Shown here: positions 56,797 to 64,000 of the stretch, piece by piece
Numbering within the stretch: position 1 is the stretch's first letter
Layout: each line of letters starts with the position of its first letter
Origin: Pseudomonadota bacterium
GTDB taxonomy: Bacteria > Pseudomonadota > Gammaproteobacteria > Burkholderiales > Burkholderiaceae_C
DNA length: 64,000 nt
Assembly: GCA_018241265.1 (NCBI GenBank)
Contig: JAFEEF010000069.1
Location: 33,004-97,003 of the forward strand
Direction of reading: 5' to 3'
The notes under the pieces: model-generated
Database searches by the model: none
Told to the model about the DNA's origin: nothing
The model's input: the letters and a program-made list of their open reading frames with translations, nothing else
Translations under genes and position numbers: made by a program

Positions 56797-59087
56797 CGCA
56801 CCCCGACGAACGCGCCGCGCGGCGCGCCGGGCCCCACGAACTGCTCCTGCCGCCACTGGTCGGGCGACAGCAGCGTGCCGTGCGGATCGAAGGCGTTCTC
56901 GGCGAGCAGCGCGCTCGTCGCGTACTTGCGATCGAGCACGTTGGTGACCTTGGCATAGAGCTCCAAGCCCTTGGCGACCTTCCAGTTCGTCGTGAGGTTG
57001 AGCACCGCATAGCCGCCGACCTTGCCGCTGCCGAAGAAGTCGACGTTGTCGGGCGTCTGCTGGTTGTTCTCGTTGCCGCGCGCGTACTGGCTCGAATAGG
57101 CGCTGAGCTGCGCGCCGACGCTCCAGTCGGGCAGCACCTTCCAGTCGACATTGAACTTCAGGCTGTGCTGCGGCAGACCCGGCAGCCGGTCGCCCGGCTG
57201 CACCGCGATCTCGTCGTCGCCGGTGCAGGTCGAACTGGTGCCCGCCGAGCTGTTCGACGCGGCCAGCAGACAGGCCGTCGAGTCGAAGGTCGCACGCAGG
57301 TAGCTGTAGGCGATCGACCAGTCGAGCGTCTCGCTGCGCTGCGCCAGCGACAACTCCACGCCCTGGCGCAAGGTCCGGCCGGCGTTGGCGAAGTAGCCGG
57401 CCGCATGGCCGTTGCTGATGAAGAGCAGGTCGTCGGTGTTGACGGTGCGGTAGGTCGACGCGTTCCAGCGCAGGCCCGACCAGTTGCCGCGCAGTCCCGC
57501 TTCGATGGTCCGTGACACGACCTGCTTCAACGGCGGATCGCCCTGCAGCGCATTCGGCAGGATGCAGGCGTTGTTCGGATCGGCGCAGCCGAGCTCGATC
57601 GGGCTCGGCGCCCGGTTGCCCTGGCTGTAGCCGCCGTAAGCCGTCAGGTCCGGCGTCACCTGCCAGGTGAGGCCGGCCGCCGGGTTGAACTTGGTGTAGC
57701 GGCCGCTGCCGTCCAGCGCGGTGTCGAGGCCGAGCTGCGCGCGGCCGTCGTCGACCGTCGTCGAGCGCGTGTCGTTGTAGCGGCCGGAAAGCGTCAGCTG
57801 CAGGTTGGGCGCCAAGGTCCACAGGTCCGAGGCATAGAAGCTCGTCGTGCTGCCATGGCCGGAGATCAGCGCGTCGACCGAGGTGGGTTCGGTCACGACG
57901 ACGCCGCGCGTCGCATCGAGGTTGCCTTCGGCCGAGGTCTGCTCGAAGTGGCTGCGCGAGCGGTCGTACGAGATGCCGGCCAGAAGCCGGTGCGCGCCGA
58001 ACGTGCCGCTGAGCTGCAGCGCGAGACCTTCGCTGTCCTGTGTCGTCCGGGTTTCGTGGTCGACGCCGGTCAGCGGGTCTTCCTCGGGATCGAAGTCGTC
58101 GTTCAGGTCGCCGTTGACGGTCGACTGGCGTGCGCGACGCAGGTAGGCGGTGCCCGACAGCTCGAGCCTGTCGTTCAGCATCGCCTTGCCGTTGAAGGTG
58201 ACGAGCGACGTGTGGTTCTCGGTCTGGTCGGGCCGCGTGTAGATCTGGCTGCGGCCGACCGCGAGCATCGATTCGGGCAAGAGACCGTTGCCGACCAGCT
58301 TGCTGTCGACCTGCAGCAGGCTGACGTCCCAGCTCAGGTCGCTCTGGCGCACGCCGCCCTTCACGAACGCCTGGCGCAGGCGCGACGGCGAATAGTCGCG
58401 CCAGCCGTTCTCGTCGAAGCTGCTCAGCGCGACGAACAGATGGCCGTGCTCGCCGAGCTTCGTGCCGTAGGTCGCGTCGGCCGCGATGCGGCCCCACGAG
58501 CCGGCCTCGATCTCGACCTCGCCACCCGGATGCGTATCGCCGCTCTTGGTCTGCATCGACAGCGCGCCGCCCAGCGTGTTGAGTCCGAACAGCGGGTTCG
58601 AGCCGGGAATCAAGGTCACGTTGGCGATCGCCGCGGTCGGGATCAGATCCCAGTTGACGACATCGCCGAACGGCTCGTTGATGCGCACGCCGTCGAGGAA
58701 CACCGACAAGCCCTGCGGCGTACCGAGCAGCGGGCTCGCGGTGTAGCCGCGGTAGTTGACGTCCATCTGGAAAGGGTTGCCCTGCGTCTCGTTGATGTTG
58801 ACGCTGGGCATCTGCGTCGCGAGGAAATCCGGCAGGTTGGTGGCCTGCGAGCGGCGCAGCTTGCGGTCGTCGGCGGTCTGCACGTTGGCCGGTATCTGGT
58901 CCTTCGGCACGCCGGTGCCGGGCACCGGCGTCGTGCCGACGATCTCGACCGCGGGCAGGGTCGCCTGCGCGACCTCCGCGACCGGCGCCGGCGCGGCAGC
59001 GGCCTGTGCATGCGCGGCACCGGTGAGCGCCAAGCTCACGAGGCCGCAACCCATCGCCGCCAGTACGGGCGGACGCCGACGATCCAT
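56781..59087 (-). CDS. TonB-dependent outer-membrane receptor
   Basis: Signal peptide. Plug domain motifs. C-terminal ...GVRYSFD ending with aromatic residue (terminal F). Start MDRRRPPVLAAMG at 59087. Confidence 0.8.
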   Translation of the reverse strand: MDRRRPPVLAAMGCGLVSLALTGAAHAQAAAAPAPVAEVAQATLPAVEIVGTTPVPGTGVPKDQIPANVQTADDRKLRRSQATNLPDFLATQMPSVNINETQGNPFQMDVNYRGYTASPLLGTPQGLSVFLDGVRINEPFGDVVNWDLIPTAAIANVTLIPGSNPLFGLNTLGGALSMQTKSGDTHPGGEVEIEAGSWGRIAADATYGTKLGEHGHLFVALSSFDENGWRDYSPSRLRQAFVKGGVRQSDLSWDVSLLQVDSKLVGNGLLPESMLAVGRSQIYTRPDQTENHTSLVTFNGKAMLNDRLELSGTAYLRRARQSTVNGDLNDDFDPEEDPLTGVDHETRTTQDSEGLALQLSGTFGAHRLLAGISYDRSRSHFEQTSAEGNLDATRGVVVTEPTSVDALISGHGSTTSFYASDLWTLAPNLQLTLSGRYNDTRSTTVDDGRAQLGLDTALDGSGRYTKFNPAAGLTWQVTPDLTAYGGYSQGNRAPSPIELGCADPNNACILPNALQGDPPLKQVVSRTIEAGLRGNWSGLRWNASTYRTVNTDDLLFISNGHAAGYFANAGRTLRQGVELSLAQRSETLDWSIAYSYLRATFDSTACLLAASNSSAGTSSTCTGDDEIAVQPGDRLPGLPQHSLKFNVDWKVLPDWSVGAQLSAYSSQYARGNENNQQTPDNVDFFGSGKVGGYAVLNLTTNWKVAKGLELYAKVTNVLDRKYATSALLAENAFDPHGTLLSPDQWRQEQFVGPGAPRGAFVGVRYSFD

Positions 59088-59176
59088 GGGATCTCCCGAT
59101 GTCTTGTTCGAATCGGCCGCGAAACTAGCAGACCGGCTCGATGCGCGACAGGGAAAATTTCCCGCGCTGCAGCGAG

Positions 59177-59818
59177 TCAAGCGCCGGCCGTGCCGATCAC
59201 GCCATGGCGGATCGCCAGATGCGCCAGCGCCGCCGACGTCGCGACGCCGAGCTTGTCCTTGATCACGGTCTGGTGGTTGGACACGGTCTTCGGGCTGAGC
59301 TTCAACGCACGGGCGCATTCGTCCGGCGTGTGGCCTTGCGCGAGCAGGCGGAAGATCTCGAACTCGCGCAGGCTCAGGGTCGCGAGGCGCTCGCCTTCGC
59401 TGGCCGGATCGCGGCGCGCCAGCGCGGACGACAGGCCGGCATCGAGGTAGCGCTCGCCGCGATGCAGGGCACGCACTGCCTGGGCGAGCCGCTCGGGCGC
59501 TGCCGCCTTGGTCAGGAAGCCCCGCGCGCCGGCTTCGAGCGCGCGCCGTACCAGCGCGGTGCTGTCGTACATGCTGAACACCAGCACGCGCGCCGCCGCC
59601 TCGCGCTGCATCACGCGGCGGATCAGCTCGAGCCCGCCGCCGCCCGGCATCGCGAGATCGGTCGCGAGCACGTCGGGCGGGTCGGCGATGCAGGCCGCAT
59701 AGGCATCGTCGCCGGTCGCCGCCTCGGCGATCACGCGGATGTCGGTGGTTTCGTCGAGCAGGCGCCGGTAGCCGCTGCGCACCACCGGATGGTCGTCGGC
59801 GAGCAGGACGCGGATCAT
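59177..59818 (-). CDS. two-component response regulator, NarL/FixJ (LuxR-type HTH) family
   Basis: Receiver Asp context (VLATDLAMPGGGG). C-terminal LuxR HTH (LSLREFEIFRLLAQGHTPDECARALKLSPKTVSNH). Confidence 0.85.
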   Translation of the reverse strand: MIRVLLADDHPVVRSGYRRLLDETTDIRVIAEAATGDDAYAACIADPPDVLATDLAMPGGGGLELIRRVMQREAAARVLVFSMYDSTALVRRALEAGARGFLTKAAAPERLAQAVRALHRGERYLDAGLSSALARRDPASEGERLATLSLREFEIFRLLAQGHTPDECARALKLSPKTVSNHQTVIKDKLGVATSAALAHLAIRHGVIGTAGA

Positions 59819-60873
59819 GACGGCAGCGTCGGCGCCAGCGGCACGACGAGCTCGATGCCGGTGCCGGTACCCGGCGCGCTGCGGATGCTCAGCACGCCGC
59901 CGATCGCCGCGGCCCGTTCGGTGGCACCGAGCAGGCCGAGGCCGTGCGTGTCGGCCGCCGGGTCCATGCCGCGGCCGTCGTCGTGGATCGCGAGCGTCAC
60001 CCGATCGACCGCGCGCATCAAGCGCACGCGCACGTTGCGCGCCTGCGCATGGCGCCAGACGTTGGTCAGCGACTCCTGCGTGATGCGATAGACGGCGATC
60101 GCGATGCTGTCGTCGAGCGCATCGGCCGTGTCGTCGGACAGGCCTTCGTGGTGGAAGACGCAGGCGACGCCGCTGCGCTCTTCCCAGCGCTCGCACAGCG
60201 CCTGCAGCGCGCCGACGAGGCCGAGCGCATCGAGATCGGCCGGACGCAGGCGCCGCAGCATGTCGGCGACGAGCTGGTAGAGGCTCTGCGCCGCCGCTTC
60301 GGTGCGCAGGCTCGCGGCACGCACCGACGGCGCGGCGTCGCCGGCGCTGTGGCGCAGGCAGGCGGTCTCGACGAGGATCGCGCTGCAGCGCTGGCCGAGC
60401 TCGTCGTGCAGCTCGCGTGCGAGCGCACGGCGTTCGTCCTCCTGCGCCGAGATGAGCTGGCGCGCCAGCTCGCGGTTGTGCGCGAGCAGCTCCGACGCAT
60501 GCGCTTCGGCCGCCTCGCGCAGTGCCAGCTCGGTCTGCGTCTCGCGCCGGCGGCGCAGCGCATACCACGCGAGACCCAGCGCGAGCACGATGCCGGTGAG
60601 CGGCAGCTCGTCGGCCTGCCAGCGCTCGTAGCGGGCGAGAAAGGCGGTCAGCGATTCGCGCAGATCGAATGCCGAGGCGATGAGGTACGAGCCGACGACC
60701 GCGATCAGCACGACCCACAGGTCGAAGCGCCAGCGCGACGCCGGCGGCGGCCCGGCGACACGCCGCAGGCCGTCGGCCAGGCGGCGGCGCAGCGCGGCAT
60801 TCGACGGCGCCTCCTGCGGCCGCACCGCCGGCTCGACGGCAGCCGACGCATCGGTGCGCTCGGTGAGCTGCAT
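59815..60873 (-). CDS. sensor histidine kinase (HisKA_3/NarX-type)
   Basis: Two TM helices. H-box ARELHDELGQ. HATPase_c G-boxes (HDDGRGMD, GLGLLG). Stop overlaps the response-regulator start. Confidence 0.8.
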   Translation of the reverse strand: MQLTERTDASAAVEPAVRPQEAPSNAALRRRLADGLRRVAGPPPASRWRFDLWVVLIAVVGSYLIASAFDLRESLTAFLARYERWQADELPLTGIVLALGLAWYALRRRRETQTELALREAAEAHASELLAHNRELARQLISAQEDERRALARELHDELGQRCSAILVETACLRHSAGDAAPSVRAASLRTEAAAQSLYQLVADMLRRLRPADLDALGLVGALQALCERWEERSGVACVFHHEGLSDDTADALDDSIAIAVYRITQESLTNVWRHAQARNVRVRLMRAVDRVTLAIHDDGRGMDPAADTHGLGLLGATERAAAIGGVLSIRSAPGTGTGIELVVPLAPTLPS

Positions 60874-61848
60874 TCAGCCTCCGCCGCTGGCGCCGCGCGT
60901 CATGCCGATGCGCTCCATCGCGACGCGCTCCTTCGCATACTGCTCGCGGCAGGCGCGCGCATAGTCGGCCGAGTTCAGGTAGTCGATGTCCTGGTCGTAC
61001 TTGACGAGCTCCTCGGCGAAGCGCGGCTCGAACAGCGCCTTCTTGAACGCGTCGTGCAGGACGGCGACGATCCTGTCGGGCATGCCGCGCGGCCCGGCGA
61101 TGCCGTACGGCGACATCGCGACGATCGGAAAGCCCAGGTCCTTCAAGGTCGGCACCTGCGGCCAGCGCTTCGAGCGCGTCGCGCCGAAGGTGACGAGCAG
61201 GCGCAGCCGCCCGGCGTCGACCGCCGGGCCGAAGCCGGTCGAGTTGACGCCGGCCATCACCTGCCCGGCGGCGATCGCGTTGATCTGCTCGGCCGTGCCC
61301 TTGTACGGCACGTGGATGTAGCGCAGGCCGCGCGCGGTGAAGAGCTCCTCGAGCACGAGGTGCGGCGTCGTGCCGACGCCGTTGGTCGCGATCGTCAGCT
61401 CGCCCGGATGCGCGCGCGCATAGGCGAAGAGATCGTCCATCGACTTCAACGCGCTGTTCGCCGGCGTCAGCACGCCGAACGTCACGCCCGAGATCTGGAT
61501 GATCGGCGTCGTGTCGCGGATCGGATCCCACAGCACCTTCTGCGTGAACGGCGCGCGGAACACCGGCTCGGGCATCTGCGCGATCGTGTAGCCGTCGGGC
61601 TCGGCCTGCTGCAGGATGGGCATCGCCAGCGTGCCGCCGGCGCCGGCGCGGTTCTCGGTGACGACGCTCTGGCCGAGCTGCTTGCCGGCCAGCTCGGCGA
61701 GCAGCCGCAGCGAGATGTCGGTCGCGCCGCCCGCCGGCCACGGCACCCACAGCATGATCGGGCGCGACGGGAACGGTGCGGCGGCACGCACCGGCAGCGC
61801 GAGAGCCGCGGCACTCGCCAGCAGCAGACGACGTCGGAACGAACTCAT
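60874..61848 (-). CDS. Bug/TctC family tripartite tricarboxylate transporter substrate-binding protein
   Basis: Signal peptide MSSFRRRLLLASAAALALPVRAAAP. Typical Bug blocks (VTENRAGAGGTLA, PYKGTAEQINA). Only the 3' 975 nt of track ORF 60874..62742 is this gene. Confidence 0.8.
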   Translation of the reverse strand: MSSFRRRLLLASAAALALPVRAAAPFPSRPIMLWVPWPAGGATDISLRLLAELAGKQLGQSVVTENRAGAGGTLAMPILQQAEPDGYTIAQMPEPVFRAPFTQKVLWDPIRDTTPIIQISGVTFGVLTPANSALKSMDDLFAYARAHPGELTIATNGVGTTPHLVLEELFTARGLRYIHVPYKGTAEQINAIAAGQVMAGVNSTGFGPAVDAGRLRLLVTFGATRSKRWPQVPTLKDLGFPIVAMSPYGIAGPRGMPDRIVAVLHDAFKKALFEPRFAEELVKYDQDIDYLNSADYARACREQYAKERVAMERIGMTRGASGGG

Positions 61849-62726
61849 CCGCCGCCCCCTCCCCGCTTGGTCAGGCCGCCGAAGCCGCGCTGCGGGTCGT
61901 AGCCCCAGCAGGCGATCACGAAGAACACGACCAGGCAGCCGATCACGACGTACGGCGCCGCGCCCGGGTCCTTGCCGTAGAGCGCGAAGCGCATCCATTC
62001 GATGGCCTGCGTGAACGGATTGAAGCGCGACACCTGGTAGACCCAGTCGGCGCCCGACTCCTGCAGCTTCCACAGCGGATAGAGCGCGGTCGACATGAAG
62101 TACATCGGGAAGATCACGAAGTTCATCGTGCCGGCGAAGTTCTCGAGCTGCTTGATGTAGACCGACAGCAGCAGCCCGAGCGCGCCCAGCATCAGCGCGC
62201 CGCCGCAGAGCGCGACGAGCGCATACAGCCCGCCGAGCGTGAAGACCGGCAGGTCGGTGCCGATCAGCATCGCGACGGCGACGAAGGCGAGCGCCTGCAG
62301 CACCGACAGCAGCGCGGTCGCGCAGAGCTTGCAGAACAGCAGCCACGGCCGCGGCAGCGGCGCCGTGAGCAAGAGGCGCATCAAGCCCATCTCGCGGTCG
62401 TAGACCATCGCGAGCGACGACTGCATGCCGTTGAAGAGCAGCACCATGCCGACGAGGCCCGGCACGATGTAGACGTCGTACGGGATGTAGGTGTCGTAGG
62501 GCTCGACGATCGCGACGCCGAAGACGTTGCGAAAGCCGGCCGCGAACACCGCGAGCCACAGCAGCGGCCGCACCAGCGCCGAGATCAGCCGGCCGGTCTG
62601 CTGCGAGAACTTGATGACCTCGCGCAGCACGATCGCCTGCAAGGCCTGCAGCGCATGCGCCGGGCCGCGGCGCAACGGCAGCGCGGTCGGATCGGCCGCG
62701 GCGGGCTTCATCGTTGTACTTTGCAT
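61845..62726 (-). CDS. ABC-2 type transporter permease
   Basis: Six TM helices. ABC-2/NodJ-like. Start MQSTTMKPAAAD. Confidence 0.65.
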   Translation of the reverse strand: MQSTTMKPAAADPTALPLRRGPAHALQALQAIVLREVIKFSQQTGRLISALVRPLLWLAVFAAGFRNVFGVAIVEPYDTYIPYDVYIVPGLVGMVLLFNGMQSSLAMVYDREMGLMRLLLTAPLPRPWLLFCKLCATALLSVLQALAFVAVAMLIGTDLPVFTLGGLYALVALCGGALMLGALGLLLSVYIKQLENFAGTMNFVIFPMYFMSTALYPLWKLQESGADWVYQVSRFNPFTQAIEWMRFALYGKDPGAAPYVVIGCLVVFFVIACWGYDPQRGFGGLTKRGGGGG

Positions 62727-63838
62727 AGCTTCTCCGGTGCATCGGCGCCCAAGGTGTCGAGCACGTCGGTCGGGTGCAGCAGTCCTTCGATCGGCGCCTG
62801 CGAGATCACGCCCTGGCCGTCGGTCAGGAGCACCGGCTGGCGCAGCTGGCCGTCCCAGGCGCGAAAGCTCAGGTTCACGCCCTTGGAGCCGTCGACCTGC
62901 ATCTTCGCGATGCCTTGCGACCAGGCGCTCGCCGGGCCTTGCGGCGTCGCGCCGGCCACCGCGATCAGGATCTTGCCCGCCGTCCAGGCGGACCAGTCGT
63001 AGTCGGTCATCGGCCGCTTGGCGGCCTTCAGGAAGCGCCTGCTGACCTGCGGCGCGCCGTAGCGCTCGAACTGCGCATGCCAGGCCAGCGCGACCAGGCC
63101 GGCATCGCCGACCACCGGCCGCGGCAGCACGGTGTGGTAGGGCAAGGCCCGCGCGAACTCGCCGTCGCTGTCGACCACCCAGACGACGTCGTAGTTGTTG
63201 CCGGCGGTCAGCAGCAGCGGGTTGCCGAAGTCGCGCTCGCGCGGATCGGTCGACAGCTTGAACGGCTTCGTGCCGACGACCTGCAGCCCGTAGCGCTTGA
63301 TGGTCGCCTGGGCGGTCGCGGCACGCGGCTGGTCCTCGGCGCTCGGGCCGATCAGCAGCAGCACCTTGGTCCACTTGCGCGACACCAGGGTCTGCGCCAG
63401 CGCATCGGCGCGCATGCGCTCGCTCGGGATCACGTGGTAGAGCCGTGCGCGGCAGTCGGCCTGGCGCAGCCGGTCGTCGGCGGCGCCGATGTTGAGGACG
63501 GGAATCTTCACGGCGTCGGCGACCGCAAGCGTCCAGTCGGCCGGCAGGTCGGTGATCAGCACCGCGGCGCCGGCCTTCTCGGCGGCCTGCGCGGCGGTCT
63601 TCGCGGCGGCCGCCGAGGCCGCGGTCGTGTCGCTCAGCGCGATGTCGGCGCCGGCCGCTTGCAGCTCGAACTGGCCTTCGTCGATCGCGACCTTCAGGCC
63701 GTCGGTTGCCGGGCCGCCCGGATGGCCGAGGTAGGCGCGCTCGAGCTTCGTGCGTTCGAGGCGCGGGTCGTCCTGCGGGCCGATGAAGGTCGCCTTCAGC
63801 GTGCCGGCCGCAGCGGCACCCGACGCCAGCAGCAGCAT
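62708..63838 (-). CDS. periplasmic substrate-binding protein (type I PBP fold, ABC-transporter-associated)
   Basis: Start taken at MLLLASGAAAAG (63838). An in-frame upstream ATG at 63934 lies inside a repeat element, so the start is ambiguous. Confidence 0.5.
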   Translation of the reverse strand: MLLLASGAAAAGTLKATFIGPQDDPRLERTKLERAYLGHPGGPATDGLKVAIDEGQFELQAAGADIALSDTTAASAAAAKTAAQAAEKAGAAVLITDLPADWTLAVADAVKIPVLNIGAADDRLRQADCRARLYHVIPSERMRADALAQTLVSRKWTKVLLLIGPSAEDQPRAATAQATIKRYGLQVVGTKPFKLSTDPRERDFGNPLLLTAGNNYDVVWVVDSDGEFARALPYHTVLPRPVVGDAGLVALAWHAQFERYGAPQVSRRFLKAAKRPMTDYDWSAWTAGKILIAVAGATPQGPASAWSQGIAKMQVDGSKGVNLSFRAWDGQLRQPVLLTDGQGVISQAPIEGLLHPTDVLDTLGADAPEKLCKVQR

Positions 63839-63857
63839 CCAAGCCGCAACGGATCGC

Positions 63858-63906
63858 CTCAGGGGCCGGGAGTCATTTGCTTCGCGTGGGATCGGAAACC
63901 CCTGAG
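63858..63906 (-). promoter_or_regulatory. stem-loop associated with repeat copy 2
   Basis: ctcagggg...33 nt...cccctgag. The loop sequence differs from copy 1 but pairing is preserved. Confidence 0.35.
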
Positions 63907-63939
63907 CCGAGTCGCCTGCGCTGCGCAATTCCATAGGCG
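63899..63939 (-). repeat. 41-nt repeat element copy 2 (5' end of substrate-binding protein gene)
   Basis: cccctgagccgagtcgcctgcgctgcgcaattccataggcg. Same orientation relative to its downstream gene as copy 1. Confidence 0.7.
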
Positions 63940-64000
63940 CCTCGCTCCGGCGCCTCATTCGACCACCACCACGCCGTACGGCACGCGGCCGACCGGCACC

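Noticed and set aside
55588-59049. 1153-aa minus-strand ORF spanning the patatin and TonB-receptor loci
   Set aside because: It is an alternative frame. The receptor (56781..59087) and the plus-strand patatin gene account for the region.
60874-62742. 622-aa ORF that would extend the Bug/TctC gene upstream by about 300 codons
   Set aside because: The extension overlaps the ABC-2 permease coding frame and is RG-rich. The signal peptide MSSFRRRLLL marks the real start at 61848.

Overview
The window is a 64 kb chromosomal segment with very high GC (about 70%), most consistent with a betaproteobacterium of the Burkholderiales type. The evidence for that placement is the Bug/TctC-type periplasmic binding protein, the DUF1800/DUF1501 gene pair, and a TTG-initiated gshA. 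Gene density is high, with many overlapping start/stop junctions of the ATGA and GTGA type.

Most of the window is conserved core genome:
- gmk-rpoZ-spoT, greB, gshA, fhs, a class II fba next to tkt, a beta-ketothiolase, and a NAD-type isocitrate dehydrogenase family gene.
- An enoyl-CoA hydratase and an acetoacetate decarboxylase.
- Numerous transporters and regulators: NCS2, MFS, TauE, TonB-dependent receptor, ABC-2 permease, Bug, LacI, LysR, ECF sigma factor, and a NarL-type two-component pair.
- A MoxR-DUF58-DUF4381-vWA-TPR-vWA operon of the Bat type, with a divergently transcribed patatin-like lipase.
- A secreted S8 subtilase carrying three tandem PKD repeats and a GlyGly-CTERM-like tail.
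- A lactonase-otnK-otnC operon for four-carbon acid sugars.
- A block of small stress and redox genes: YkgJ, cupin, YciI, DUF488, UDG, GFA, cytochrome c.

The candidates for something unusual are:
1. A lower-GC, apparently horizontally acquired, stand-alone gene whose N-terminal domain reads as a CAP12/PycTIR-type TIR-like domain fused to an unassigned beta-rich C-terminal domain. No cyclase or other partner is nearby.
2. A native-GC canonical TIR-domain protein with a single transmembrane helix and an unassigned extracytoplasmic C-terminal domain. It sits beside a flotillin/SPFH gene, a small secreted protein, and a glycine-rich TPR membrane protein.
3. A lower-GC vapBC-plus-tandem-GNAT islet inserted next to a MocR-family pseudogene stump.

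I also found a 41-nt element plus stem-loop shared by the 5' ends of two unrelated genes, and a pair of PurR-like perfect palindromes in front of a permease/amidohydrolase operon.

No rRNA, tRNA or CRISPR arrays were detected. All calls are from reading the sequence and the ORF track; no database searches were run.
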